DNA of 64,000 nt from a virus: IMG/VR virus record IMGVR_UViG_3300044641_002725. The stretch is one strand, 5' to 3'. A program made the position numbers and the translations under genes. The first letter of the stretch is position 1. The number at the start of each line of letters is the position of its first letter. Shown here piece by piece: positions 37,146 to 47,303 of this stretch. The notes under the pieces were generated by a model that searched no databases, was not told where the DNA came from, and saw only the letters and a program-made list of their open reading frames with translations.

Positions 37146-40100
37146 TTTTAGCAGTACACTCAGCGAAGCAGTTTCTGTTGCAACATCTGTAGCATACACA
37201 AGACAAGAGATACAAAAACTTAAGACGGAATTCGTATCTCTTCTAGAAAAGAAAACAGCAGAAGTAATCGTTGAACAAGTTCCTGGTCCAGTCGGCCCAC
37301 GTGGAGCCCTTGGTGCAACTGGCGCTCAGGGACCTAAAGGCGACAAAGGTGACAAGGGCGATGTTGGCGAACGTGGTGAAAAAGGTGATGTTGGTCAACA
37401 GGGTGAAATAGGGCCAGAAGGTCCGCAGGGAATAAAAGGCGACAAAGGCGATATTGGTCCACAAGGCATACAGGGAATTACTGGCGAGCGTGGCGAAAAG
37501 GGCGATAAGGGTGAAGACGGCAAAAACGGTTTGGACGGAAGAGATGGAGAAGCGGGCAATATTGGTCCCGCTGGACCAGCTGGCGCACAGGGAATTCAAG
37601 GTGAGCGTGGTGAAAAGGGTGACAGAGGCGACAGAGGAGAGTCAGGAAAAGACGGACAACAAGGAATTCAAGGATCAGTTGGGCCAAGAGGCGAAATCGG
37701 ACCACAGGGCATTCAAGGTCTCCCAGGTAAAGATGGTAAAGACGCAGACGTAAAAGCAATTGAACAATCTATCAGTAAGTTCAAAGAAGTTCTACAAAAA
37801 GATGTAAGTCAATACAAAGCAAAAGTCAATACTATCATATCAAGTGGTATCGGTGGTGGTTCACATGGTGGTGGTGAAGTTAATCTACGTAGACTTGATG
37901 ATGTTGACACAACTAATCTTACTGATGGATATGTTTTAGCATTTAATGAGTCTACGCAAAAATTTGAATTCGTTGAAGGTGGCACTGGCGGCGGTACAGT
38001 AGATACGATAGCAAGAACAAGAGCAAATAATGCATGGAACACAGCCAACTCAGCGTACTTACAAGCAAACTCGGCATACAATCAAGCAAATTCAGCAAAC
38101 TCATTAGCACAAGCCGCATACAATTATGCTAATACATTAAGTGGTTCTGGAACAGATAACTTAGCACGTTCAATTGCCAATAGTGCATATGCTACAGCAA
38201 ATACTAAGTCATATACATTCAGTCAGAACACCGCGCCAGCTACAGCAAACTCAAATGATTTTTGGGCTAATACTGACAGCGCAGTTGTATATTACAATTT
38301 TGGTAATACATCAAGTCCTCTTTGGGTAGAGTTTGGTCCAACAGGAACATCTACTAGCGGTGGTAATACAGACTTGACTGGATATGCAGTTAATACAACC
38401 GTTAATTTAATTTGGTCTACAGCAAATTTAGCATACACTCAAGCAAACACGGGAACCACATTAGCACAAGCGGCATATAATTATGCTAACACCATTATTG
38501 TTCCTAGTTTAAGTGGTTATGCTGTTAACACAACCGTTAATACGATTTGGTCGACTACTAACTCAGCATATACTCAAGCGAACACCGCTACAACTTTAGC
38601 ACAAGCCGCATACAATTATGCTAACACTATTGTTGTTCCAAGTCTAAGCGGATATGCAGTCAATGCTATAGTCGATATTGTTTGGTCAAATTCAAATTCG
38701 GCATTCTCTACAGCCAATGCATCATATAATCAGGCTAACACAGCAACTACTAATGCATCTAATGCCGATGTAAAAGCACAAGCCGCTTACAATTACGCTA
38801 ACACTATTGTTGTTCCAAGTCTTTCTGGTTATGCAACAAACACTACTGTCAATCTGGTTTGGTCTACCGCTAATAGCGCATATACACAAGCAAACTTAGC
38901 ATTCAATACTGCTAACTCTGCATGGACAACAGCAAACACACAGTCCGATTGGAACGTTTCTGATAATACTAGTGTAGCGTTCATTAAAAACAAACCAACA
39001 TTAGTAACGACACTCAATGACTTAAGCGATGCAACAATCGTAAGTCCATTAAACGAACAAGTTTTAGTATACAATACTGCAACTGGTCAATGGATTAATC
39101 AGGCGATTGGTATCTCTGCTAACAATCTAACAACAGGTTATTTTGGCGGATTCTTTTATAACGGCGCAAACGTTGCACTTTCAAACACATCATTAGCATA
39201 TACTGTTCCTATTTCAAGTTCATATGATGGTACGAATGGCGTAACTATTGGTGGTAATAATGATATTTTAATTGCTTATGCAGGAACTTATCACGTTGAA
39301 TATTCTATTCAGTTTGAAAATAATGGAAATTCTGAAGATGCGATTGACATATGGGTTCGAGTGAATGGAGTAAACGTAGCAAATTCGGCTAGCAAGTTTT
39401 CTATTCACAGAAAAAATGGTAATGATCCAGGATTTCTTATTGCTGTTACACCACTTTTATTGACATGTAATGCGGCTGATAGAATTCAGTTTGAGGTTTC
39501 GTCTTCTACGGGTCAGACTAAGATAGCATCATATCCTACACAAATTGATCCAACGACACCTGCAATACCTGCTGTTATTGCTAACGTTCAGCAAGTATCA
39601 TCTATTGTTATTCCAAACGACATTACTGGTACTGCAAATAATGCAAACTATCTTGGTGGTTATGCGGCTAACACTTATGCAACAACTGCTACTACAAATA
39701 CAATTGCGACAAATGTAGCAAGCGCATGGTCTACAGCAAACTCTGCATTTGCACAAGCAAACTCTGCGTGGGCACAAGCCAACACTGGTGGTGCCGCTGG
39801 TACTGATAACGTGGCACGTTCAATTGCTAATAGTGCATTCTCTACTGCCAACTCAGCATTCGCTAAAGCAAATACTGGCACCAGTCAATTAGTCAACGAT
39901 GCTAGTACAGTTAGTCTTAGTGCAAATGGTAACTTAACAGTACCAGGACCAATTGGTGGATTAGGAAATGCTAAACTAGATTTTACTACTTACGGAGCCA
40001 ATGTTGCATATCTAACAACCACTAGTGATGATTCTACTGCATTGTATATGGGGTCGGTATCTGCTGAATTATACGCTCATACAAATATACTCATTAGGAC

Positions 40101-40863
40101 AAATACCGCAGGAGTATCGAAAAATTGGACATTTGGTGCAGATGGTAGCACAACACTTCCAGGCACAGTTGATATAACTTATACTCCAGACACAGCAACT
40201 GGTTCTGCTATAACAATCAATGGCGCTAACACACAGGGTGGTACAGGCTACTTTGACTTTTTAAGGGCCACTAATACTACCAGTGGTGCAACCAATCCAA
40301 ACAAGACATTCCGTTTAAACAGCACAGGTGCGGTAGAAATTATCAATAGTGCCTACACAGCAACTTTATTCAATTTAAGTGATGCTGGTAATTTAAGTAT
40401 CAGCGGAGATTATCAAGTCAACGGTAAAAAAGCAGTCAATGGTCCTGCGTTTAGAGCATACGTAGCAACTGGACAAGCCATTACATCAGGTAGTCAGCAA
40501 AAAGTAACATTCGGCACCGAAAATTTTGACACTAACAATAATTTTGCCAGCAGTAGATTCACACCTACAATAGAAGGATATTATCAGTTGAATGCTACTA
40601 TTCGTATTGATGGTACATCCAGCACCGGCGAAGTTATGATTATTCTTTACAAAAATGGTTCAGAATATGCCCGTGGCCACAATCAATCTGGAACAGAACA
40701 AGGTGCTAGTTTCTATTCAATGAGTGTATCTGACATAGCATACGCTAACGGATCTACCGATTACTTTGAAGTTTATATACAACAGAGTAGTGGTGGTAAT
40801 AGAAATACTACAGCAGGTTCTCCCATTTCATATTTCAGCGGCAGTATGATTAGAGGCGCATAA
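37126..40863 (+). CDS. Collagen-like fibre protein with heptad repeats and C1q/TNF-like domains
   Basis: 51 consecutive Gly-X-Y triplets, A(Y/F/W)xxAN repeats, C-terminal PAFRAY...FTPTIEGYYQ...YKNG...SYFSG; start TTG 37126 (GAGG upstream) or TTG 37111. Confidence 0.8.
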   Translation: MTKKETNFSSTLSEAVSVATSVAYTRQEIQKLKTEFVSLLEKKTAEVIVEQVPGPVGPRGALGATGAQGPKGDKGDKGDVGERGEKGDVGQQGEIGPEGPQGIKGDKGDIGPQGIQGITGERGEKGDKGEDGKNGLDGRDGEAGNIGPAGPAGAQGIQGERGEKGDRGDRGESGKDGQQGIQGSVGPRGEIGPQGIQGLPGKDGKDADVKAIEQSISKFKEVLQKDVSQYKAKVNTIISSGIGGGSHGGGEVNLRRLDDVDTTNLTDGYVLAFNESTQKFEFVEGGTGGGTVDTIARTRANNAWNTANSAYLQANSAYNQANSANSLAQAAYNYANTLSGSGTDNLARSIANSAYATANTKSYTFSQNTAPATANSNDFWANTDSAVVYYNFGNTSSPLWVEFGPTGTSTSGGNTDLTGYAVNTTVNLIWSTANLAYTQANTGTTLAQAAYNYANTIIVPSLSGYAVNTTVNTIWSTTNSAYTQANTATTLAQAAYNYANTIVVPSLSGYAVNAIVDIVWSNSNSAFSTANASYNQANTATTNASNADVKAQAAYNYANTIVVPSLSGYATNTTVNLVWSTANSAYTQANLAFNTANSAWTTANTQSDWNVSDNTSVAFIKNKPTLVTTLNDLSDATIVSPLNEQVLVYNTATGQWINQAIGISANNLTTGYFGGFFYNGANVALSNTSLAYTVPISSSYDGTNGVTIGGNNDILIAYAGTYHVEYSIQFENNGNSEDAIDIWVRVNGVNVANSASKFSIHRKNGNDPGFLIAVTPLLLTCNAADRIQFEVSSSTGQTKIASYPTQIDPTTPAIPAVIANVQQVSSIVIPNDITGTANNANYLGGYAANTYATTATTNTIATNVASAWSTANSAFAQANSAWAQANTGGAAGTDNVARSIANSAFSTANSAFAKANTGTSQLVNDASTVSLSANGNLTVPGPIGGLGNAKLDFTTYGANVAYLTTTSDDSTALYMGSVSAELYAHTNILIRTNTAGVSKNWTFGADGSTTLPGTVDITYTPDTATGSAITINGANTQGGTGYFDFLRATNTTSGATNPNKTFRLNSTGAVEIINSAYTATLFNLSDAGNLSISGDYQVNGKKAVNGPAFRAYVATGQAITSGSQQKVTFGTENFDTNNNFASSRFTPTIEGYYQLNATIRIDGTSSTGEVMIILYKNGSEYARGHNQSGTEQGASFYSMSVSDIAYANGSTDYFEVYIQQSSGGNRNTTAGSPISYFSGSMIRGA
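37285..37743 (+). repeat. Collagen Gly-X-Y repeat (51 triplets)
   Basis: GPV GPR GAL ... GKD GKD, uninterrupted. Confidence 0.95.
38380..38940 (+). repeat. Four imperfect ~45-aa tandem protein repeats
   Basis: GYAVNTTVNxxWSTxNxAYTQANTxTTLAQAAYNYANTIxVPSLS repeated, also visible at the DNA level. Confidence 0.85.
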
Positions 40864-40864
40864 C

Positions 40865-41413
40865 ATGGCACTTAATTTTCCATCATCACCAGCATTAAAT
40901 CAAACACACACAGTCGGAAGTAAGACTTGGAAGTGGAATGGTTATGCGTGGGACGTACAACTACAAGATGTCGCTGATAGTGCATTTGTAATAGCCGCTT
41001 TTGCAACTGCAAATTCTGCATTCGCACAAGCCAATGCCGCTTATGCACAAGCGAATACTGGTGGCGCTGGTGCTACTGAGTCTCTAAACGTAGTCTTTGA
41101 CAATATTACCGCAACTCAATATAAGATTGTTGCTTTGAACGCTAATGCACAAACTGTCCTTGCAACATCATTAGAAATAGGTCAAATTGATAGAGTTTTG
41201 GGTGTATTAGATAATGCTGGTGAAACAGTTACTTTTGGTGCTATCACAAACCCGTCATGGACTTGGACTCCAGAACAGTCATTGTATCTTGGAAGTAATG
41301 GCACAATAGTGACAACATCTACAATTGACGGTGCGGCATTTTCTCTAAAAATTGGTTACGCAATCTCATCAACAAAAGCATTCATAAAAATCGGAACACC
41401 CGTTGTTTTATAA
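40865..41413 (+). CDS. Small fibre/decoration-like virion protein
   Basis: MALNFPSSP...TWKWNGYAW fibre-type N-terminus; shares the ANSAFAQAN...ANTGG segment with the upstream protein. Confidence 0.6.
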   Translation: MALNFPSSPALNQTHTVGSKTWKWNGYAWDVQLQDVADSAFVIAAFATANSAFAQANAAYAQANTGGAGATESLNVVFDNITATQYKIVALNANAQTVLATSLEIGQIDRVLGVLDNAGETVTFGAITNPSWTWTPEQSLYLGSNGTIVTTSTIDGAAFSLKIGYAISSTKAFIKIGTPVVL

Positions 41414-41416
41414 ATA
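41409..41416 (+). promoter_or_regulatory. T4-type late promoter
   Basis: TATAAATA upstream of the 41440 ORF. Confidence 0.7.
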
Positions 41417-41439
41417 AGTAAAAACTAGGAGCAATCTAC

Positions 41440-41841
41440 ATGGCAAACGCACTTTACTCAAAAGCAAAAGAAGCATTTTTAAATGGTTCCATCAATATGG
41501 TAGCCAACACTATTACTATAGCACTTGTTGATACTGGTGTTTATACTTATAGTGCATCACATCAATTTAGAAATGAAGTGTCAAACTCTGCTGTAATTTC
41601 GTCAACAACATTGGCAAATAAAACAATTACAAATGGCGTATTTGATGCAGATGATGCAACATTCAGTTCTGTAACTGGCGCAAATTGTGAAGCATTATTG
41701 ATATTCCAAGATACTGGAATTCAGACTACATCTAGATTAATTGCGTACATTGATAGCGCAACTGGTCTTCCAATTCTACCTAACGGCGGTGATATTTCTG
41801 TTGCATTCTCTAGCGGATCAAGTAAGATTTTTGCTCTTTAA
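41440..41841 (+). CDS. Virion structural protein resembling siphovirus minor tail proteins
   Basis: MANALYSKAKEAFLNG...FDADD...LIAYIDSATGLPILPNGGDI...KIFAL; family recalled from memory, unverified. Confidence 0.6.
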   Translation: MANALYSKAKEAFLNGSINMVANTITIALVDTGVYTYSASHQFRNEVSNSAVISSTTLANKTITNGVFDADDATFSSVTGANCEALLIFQDTGIQTTSRLIAYIDSATGLPILPNGGDISVAFSSGSSKIFAL

Positions 41842-41862
41842 TTTTTTGATATAAATTAAATC

Positions 41863-42666
41863 ATGGCTAATACTCAAGTCATACAGCTTGACGGTATAAT
41901 TAGTGATGTACAAAATGTACAAGTACAAACCGAATCGTCAAACACCATACTTCAACTTGGTGATAGATTCGATTACGCCATCGATTCCGTGCTCCTTTTC
42001 GGAACACCAAAAACAATATTCATTGCGTATCCAGATACAGTAGCAAGTACACTTGCATTTGGAACCACACAACTCAATACTACAATATATGCAACTTCAG
42101 TAGAGTCTACTGTAAGTTTTGGTGATAGCTTACCACAGTTTAAGATTGCAGTTAATTCTACAGTTAACGAACAAACATTTGGAACAGCACAACTTAATAG
42201 TAGAATCTTTATAAACTCAGTAGAATCTGTTGCTGAAGTTTCACAGCCAAACGTAAGACCAGCAATTAGTCCAGTTTCGATTGCATCTGCTGAAGCATTT
42301 GGAAATCTTCAAATCAATATGCAGATTGAAGATGTTCCGTTTCCATCAATCGAATCTACACTTGTTGTTTCTAACCCATCGGTTAGGTTTGTTATTGGAC
42401 CATTGGGCATTGCACCAACAAACAATTTTGGTACTGCAACATTCATTGATAATATTCATAGATTGCTTGTCTTTAAAGATGACAACATTTCTAAAGTTGG
42501 TGAGAATGATGCAGTCGTTATCGCAGGTGGTATTAGAGTAAATCCTGCATCTGCCGTATCAGAAACAGCAACTTCTGGAAGTGCAACATTGCCAAACAAT
42601 CCAGTTGGATTCATATCTGTAAACATTGGTGGTAGAGACTATTTAATGCCATATTACAATGCTTAA
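41863..42666 (+). CDS. Repeat-containing virion protein (~20-aa S(I/V)xSxxxFG repeats)
   Basis: About eight repeats such as TVASTLAFGT, SVESTVSFGD, SIASAEAFGN. Confidence 0.6.
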   Translation: MANTQVIQLDGIISDVQNVQVQTESSNTILQLGDRFDYAIDSVLLFGTPKTIFIAYPDTVASTLAFGTTQLNTTIYATSVESTVSFGDSLPQFKIAVNSTVNEQTFGTAQLNSRIFINSVESVAEVSQPNVRPAISPVSIASAEAFGNLQINMQIEDVPFPSIESTLVVSNPSVRFVIGPLGIAPTNNFGTATFIDNIHRLLVFKDDNISKVGENDAVVIAGGIRVNPASAVSETATSGSATLPNNPVGFISVNIGGRDYLMPYYNA

Positions 42667-42677
42667 AATCGATAAAG

Positions 42678-42685
42678 TATAAATA
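42678..42685 (+). promoter_or_regulatory. T4-type late promoter
   Basis: TATAAATA upstream of the prohead core genes. Confidence 0.75.
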
Positions 42686-42710
42686 AGTTAGCAAACAAAG
42701 GAAATATAAC

Positions 42711-42932
42711 ATGGAAAATGTACAGACAGCAATTCAACACGCATATGATGCAAGACCAGCTGAGTTTAAAAACTCAATTCTTGACGCACTAAACGACAAG
42801 ATACAGAATCATATTGAAGTTAAAAGAATGGAATTAGCTAGTTCACTTTTCAAAGATAGCGAAGAAGTCGCATCTAACGGTGAAGAAGAATTTCAATCCA
42901 GTTCAGAAGGAAATGTAGATGAAGAACTTTAA
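42711..42932 (+). CDS. gp67: Prohead core protein gp67-like
   Basis: Small acidic protein, FKNSILDALNDKI...RMELASSLF; position before gp68/gp21. Confidence 0.65.
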   Translation: MENVQTAIQHAYDARPAEFKNSILDALNDKIQNHIEVKRMELASSLFKDSEEVASNGEEEFQSSSEGNVDEEL

Positions 42933-43473
42933 AAGTTTTATCCAGTTGGATGAAGTAGAAAGAGTCAAGTATAAAGACGGCATTGCCAATAAAATGGCAT
43001 ATGCGAATGATGAAGTCAAAACTAAAGGCAATAGGCTTGATAACAAGCAAGCATTTGGTGAAGGCGATGCATACGACAAAGACGTTAAGGCTAGTCCAAA
43101 ACCGCACGATAAAGAAGCGGCCGCCCAACGTGCGAAGCTAGCCGCTCTTGCCGCTAGAAAAGCAATGATGACGAACAAAATGAGTGAAGCTGAAAGTCAT
43201 CAGTCTAAGACTACAATGAAGCACATCAGCAATCCAAATGCCGCTGAAAAGAAAGCCGCTAAAGATATCAAACCGGGCATTAAAGGTGTTCGTGATAGAT
43301 TAGCGATGCTTGATGCGGCAAAGAAACGTGGTGCTTTAAAAAATGAAGAAGTTGATTTACTTTCTGATTTGTACGATCAGTTAGATGAAAGCAACCAAGA
43401 AATCTTTTTGAATCAGTTAGAAGAAGATGCTGAAGTACTTTTAGCATTCGCAAAAACTATAGCGGAAGAATAA
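42919..43473 (+). CDS. Putative internal head/core protein
   Basis: MKNFKSFIQLDE leader, basic middle, acidic C-terminus; in the head module. Confidence 0.55.
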   Translation: MKNFKSFIQLDEVERVKYKDGIANKMAYANDEVKTKGNRLDNKQAFGEGDAYDKDVKASPKPHDKEAAAQRAKLAALAARKAMMTNKMSEAESHQSKTTMKHISNPNAAEKKAAKDIKPGIKGVRDRLAMLDAAKKRGALKNEEVDLLSDLYDQLDESNQEIFLNQLEEDAEVLLAFAKTIAEE

Positions 43474-43474
43474 A

Positions 43475-43939
43475 ATGGCAGATACAGTAACATCACAAAC
43501 GCTAAAAGATAGCGCAACTGCATGGGCAGTTAAGTTAACTAATGTGTCTGACGGCACTGGTGAAGCGGGCGTTGTAAAAGTTTCTGCAAACACATTAGTC
43601 GCTTCTGATGGTGGAGCAACTCAACGGTTGTCAATCAATAAAATATTTTGGAATGTGGCAAGAGGCACTTCATCAGCGCAAGACCCTAGAGTTACATTGG
43701 CGTGGAGAGGAACATCAAACACAACTATCGTAACTTTAACTGGCTCTGGCACTTTAGATTTGACAACAAGTTTTCAAGCACCACTCACAAACAATGCTGG
43801 CGCTGGAGCTAATGGAGATATCTTGTTGACTACTACAGGTTTTACTGCTAGTGCTGGATATACACTCATATTAGAAGGTAAGAAAACTGCTGGATATTCT
43901 AGCAGAGAAACTACCGATGATGGAGTGACCGGTAGCTAA
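43475..43939 (+). CDS. Conserved virion structural protein of unknown function
   Basis: MADTVTSQTLKD...KLTNVSDGTGE...GDILLTT; head module. Confidence 0.55.
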   Translation: MADTVTSQTLKDSATAWAVKLTNVSDGTGEAGVVKVSANTLVASDGGATQRLSINKIFWNVARGTSSAQDPRVTLAWRGTSNTTIVTLTGSGTLDLTTSFQAPLTNNAGAGANGDILLTTTGFTASAGYTLILEGKKTAGYSSRETTDDGVTGS

Positions 43940-43940
43940 T

Positions 43941-44231
43941 ATGTTGAACTTTAAAGATTTTATATCTTTGTCTGAAGAACAACTAGATGAAGCTAGGCTT
44001 GTCAAAGTTAACAGAGTACGTGCTGGAGTTATTCAGCGCAGAAAAGCTGTATCAGCGACACCAGGATATAAAGTTTTAAATGGTAAACTTGTGAGAATGT
44101 CTTCACAAGAAAAAATGCATCGTAGAATTGCACAGCGTAAAGCGGCTAGAAAACGTGCGCCAAAACTCGCATTGATTTTACGCAAGAGAACAAAGTCACT
44201 TAGAAAACGAACATCAGCAGGACTAAAATGA
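43941..44231 (+). CDS. gp68: Prohead core protein gp68
   Basis: Highly basic after an LDE site (RVRAGVIQRRK...RKRTKSLRKR); immediately before gp21. Confidence 0.8.
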   Translation: MLNFKDFISLSEEQLDEARLVKVNRVRAGVIQRRKAVSATPGYKVLNGKLVRMSSQEKMHRRIAQRKAARKRAPKLALILRKRTKSLRKRTSAGLK

Positions 44232-44878
44232 AACTAATTACAGAAATCAATGAGCAAGTAAATATCATCACCGAAGCTAACGAAGCGGGCGGTAAAAACT
44301 TCTTCATTGAAGGCATCTTCATGCAAGCAGAACAAGAAAACAGAAACAAAAGAATGTATCCGTTAGAAGTTTTGCAAAAAGAAACAGACCGATATGTTAC
44401 TGAGTATGTGATGAAGAATCGTGCTTATGGTGAGTTGGGACATCCAGATGGTCCAACAATCAATTTAGAACGTGTTTCACACATTACTAAAAGTTTGCGT
44501 CAAGATGGAAACAATTTCATCGGCAAAGCAAAAATTATGGACACACCATACGGCAACATTGTAAAGAACTTAATGAGTGAAGGTGCAGTAGTTGGTGTGT
44601 CAACAAGAGGTCTAGGAAGTCTTGTTGAAGGTAAGAATGGAGTTAAGGTTGTTGGCAATGACTTTTATCTTGCAACTTGTGCAGATATTGTAGCAGACCC
44701 TTCAGCACCAGATGCATATGTACGTGGTATTATGGAAAATAAAGCGTGGGTTTGGGATAACGGAATCATTAGAGAAGCTGATGTTTCAGTACAGAAACAA
44801 GTTATTCAAAAGTCTTCACAAAAGGACTTAGAAGAAAACATGATAAAAGTGTTCAAAGATTTTATCTCCAAGCTATAA
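44228..44878 (+). CDS. gp21: Prohead core protease
   Basis: MKLITE, IEGIFMQ, NRNKRMY, GELGHP, GVSTRGLGS, DIVADPSAPDA. Confidence 0.96.
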   Translation: MKLITEINEQVNIITEANEAGGKNFFIEGIFMQAEQENRNKRMYPLEVLQKETDRYVTEYVMKNRAYGELGHPDGPTINLERVSHITKSLRQDGNNFIGKAKIMDTPYGNIVKNLMSEGAVVGVSTRGLGSLVEGKNGVKVVGNDFYLATCADIVADPSAPDAYVRGIMENKAWVWDNGIIREADVSVQKQVIQKSSQKDLEENMIKVFKDFISKL

Positions 44879-44883
44879 TTTTT

Positions 44884-44891
44884 TATAAATA
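44884..44891 (+). promoter_or_regulatory. T4-type late promoter
   Basis: TATAAATA upstream of gp22. Confidence 0.75.
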
Positions 44892-44932
44892 CATATACTA
44901 ATAATTTTAAATATCATACAAAGGAGACTGCT

Positions 44933-45841
44933 ATGACAGAACAAGTAATGGACAAGGTTGAAGACCTTGAAAACAAAAACTTAGAAGAAGGTGAAATGCC
45001 ACCTGCTCTTAAAGCCTATATTGATAAAAAAGGCAAAAAGGGTGAAAAGTCTAAAGATGATGAAGAAGACATGGAAGATGATGAAGAAGAAAAGATGATG
45101 AAAGAGAAAAAGAAAGCAAAAATGAAAGAAGACATTGATGCTATTTTCTCTGGTGAATCTCTTTCTGAAGAATTCAAGCAGAATGCACAATCAATTTTTG
45201 AAGCGGCTATTCATTCTAAAGTAGAAGAAGCAGTTATTTCAATTGAAGAACACTATGCAACTAAACTTGATGCAGAAGTTGCATCTATCAACGAAAATTT
45301 GGTTACAAAAGTTGACGAATACCTTGAGTATGTCGTTACTGAGTGGATGGAAGAGAACAAACTTGCTATTGAAAAAGGTATCAAAGCTGAGTTAGTTGAA
45401 GATTTCATGATTGGTTTAAAGAACCTATTCACAGAACACTATGTTGACATCCCAGAAGATAAAGTAGATGTTGTTGAACAATTCGCAGAACAAGTTGAAG
45501 TACTTGAGTCTGAATTGGACAAAGCAGTTACTGAAGTTTCAAATTTGAATGCACAAATCAATATCTTCAAAAAAGAACACATTGTTAGCGAAGTCTCAGA
45601 AGGTCTTAGCGAAGTTCAATTTGCAAAATTAAAATCTCTTGCAGAAGGAATTGATTTTGTTTCAGAACAAGACTACAAAGAAAAACTTCTTTTAACAAAA
45701 AAGAAATATTTTGATGGATCTACACAAGAAACGGTCAAAAAGTCGGCTCCATTGGACGATGATACAACTTCAATTGAAGAATCATTTACTCCAGTTATGA
45801 ACCACTATGTACAAAATATTTCTAGAACACTCAAGAAATAA
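44933..45841 (+). CDS. gp22: Prohead core scaffold protein
   Basis: LSEEFK...IFEAA, VDEYLEYVVTEWMEENKLAIEKG, LKNLFTEHYVDIP. Confidence 0.93.
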   Translation: MTEQVMDKVEDLENKNLEEGEMPPALKAYIDKKGKKGEKSKDDEEDMEDDEEEKMMKEKKKAKMKEDIDAIFSGESLSEEFKQNAQSIFEAAIHSKVEEAVISIEEHYATKLDAEVASINENLVTKVDEYLEYVVTEWMEENKLAIEKGIKAELVEDFMIGLKNLFTEHYVDIPEDKVDVVEQFAEQVEVLESELDKAVTEVSNLNAQINIFKKEHIVSEVSEGLSEVQFAKLKSLAEGIDFVSEQDYKEKLLLTKKKYFDGSTQETVKKSAPLDDDTTSIEESFTPVMNHYVQNISRTLKK

Positions 45842-45846
45842 GTTTT

Positions 45847-45854
45847 TATAAATA
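45847..45854 (+). promoter_or_regulatory. T4-type late promoter
   Basis: TATAAATA upstream of gp23. Confidence 0.8.
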
Positions 45855-45882
45855 AATTAAACAATACTCAAAGGAGAAAAAC

Positions 45883-47214
45883 ATGAGCGTAGAAAATCTT
45901 TTAAAAAAATGGGCACCAGTTCTTGACCATGGCGACTTAGCCGCAATCAAGGATTCCCATAAGCGTTCCGTAACAGCGCAACTTCTTGAGAACCAAGAAA
46001 TTGCTTGCCGTCAAGACGCACAAGGTTCTGGTGGTTATCGTAACCAAACATCGTTGCTTTCTGAAGCCGCACCTACTAACAATATGGGCGCATCTTCATC
46101 TACAGCTGGTGATGGTTCAATCGACATTTATGATCCAGTTTTAATCAGCTTGGTTCGCCGTGCGGCACCAAACTTGATCGCTTACGACATTTGCGGTGTT
46201 CAGCCAATGACAGGTCCAACAGGCTTGATCTTTGCGATGCGTAGCCGTTACAAAACACAAGATGGCACAGAAGCCTTGTTCAACGAAGCTAACACAGCAT
46301 TCCCATCTACAGCACAATCACAGACAGGTGCATCACCTGCTGATTTGTCTGGTGGTACAGAGTACACACGTGGTACAGGTTTGACAACAGCACAAGCTGA
46401 AGCATTAGGTGATGGCGCTGGTCAAGCATTCCAAGAGATGGCATTCTCTATTGAAAAAGTTGCTGTTACTGCACGTAGCCGTGCTTTGAAAGCAGAATAC
46501 ACAATGGAACTTGCACAAGACTTGAAAGCAGTTCATGGTTTGGATGCTGAACAAGAATTGGCTAACATTCTTTCTACAGAAATCTTAGCTGAAATTAACC
46601 GTGAAGTTGTTCGTACTATCAACTTGACTGCTACAGTTGGCGCACAAGAAAACGTTACAACTGCTGGTACATTCAACCTTGACGTTGATGCTAACGGTCG
46701 TTGGTCAGTTGAGAAGTTCAAGGGCTTGATGTTCCAATTGGAGCGTGAGTCTAACGCAATTGCTAAAGCAACTCGTAGAGGTAAAGGTAACGTGCTTATC
46801 TGTTCTTCAGACGTAGCATCTGCATTGCAAATGGCTGGTGTATTAGATTACACTCCAGCACTTGCATCTAACAACTTACAAGTTGATGACACAGGTAACA
46901 CATTCGCTGGTGTATTGAACGGTCGTATCAAGGTTTATATCGATCCATATTTCGCCGCAACATCTGGTACACACTATGCAACAATCGGTTACAAAGGCTC
47001 TTCTGCTTTTGACGCTGGTTTGTTCTACTGCCCATACGTTCCATTGCAAATGGTTCGTGCAGTTGGTCAAGATTCTTTCCAACCAAAAATTGGATTCAAG
47101 ACTCGCTACGGCATGGTTGCAAACCCATTTGCAACATCAGCGGCTGATGGTACATTAGCATTCGCTAACAAGAACGTCTACTATCGTAGAATTGCAATTA
47201 CTAACTTGATGTAA
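45883..47214 (+). CDS. gp23: Major capsid protein
   Basis: KWAPVLDH, PNLIAYDICGVQPMTGPTGLIFAMR, RALKAEYTMELAQDLKAVHGLDAE, FQPKIGFKTRYG. Confidence 0.98.
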   Translation: MSVENLLKKWAPVLDHGDLAAIKDSHKRSVTAQLLENQEIACRQDAQGSGGYRNQTSLLSEAAPTNNMGASSSTAGDGSIDIYDPVLISLVRRAAPNLIAYDICGVQPMTGPTGLIFAMRSRYKTQDGTEALFNEANTAFPSTAQSQTGASPADLSGGTEYTRGTGLTTAQAEALGDGAGQAFQEMAFSIEKVAVTARSRALKAEYTMELAQDLKAVHGLDAEQELANILSTEILAEINREVVRTINLTATVGAQENVTTAGTFNLDVDANGRWSVEKFKGLMFQLERESNAIAKATRRGKGNVLICSSDVASALQMAGVLDYTPALASNNLQVDDTGNTFAGVLNGRIKVYIDPYFAATSGTHYATIGYKGSSAFDAGLFYCPYVPLQMVRAVGQDSFQPKIGFKTRYGMVANPFATSAADGTLAFANKNVYYRRIAITNLM

Positions 47215-47242
47215 TTGATTAAACCGAGATACATCGGTATTC

Positions 47243-47271
47243 AAAAGAGGGCCTTAGGGCCCTCTTTTTTT
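47243..47271 (+). terminator. Rho-independent terminator after gp23
   Basis: AAAAGAGGGCC-TTAG-GGCCCTCTTTTTTT. Confidence 0.88.
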
Positions 47272-47303
47272 GTCTGCATAAATAGAAGACAAGAGGAGAT
47301 AAT

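Noticed and set aside
38380-38940. CRISPR-like or ncRNA repeat array
   Set aside because: The repeats are in-frame, vary at synonymous positions and lack unique spacers; they are protein repeats.
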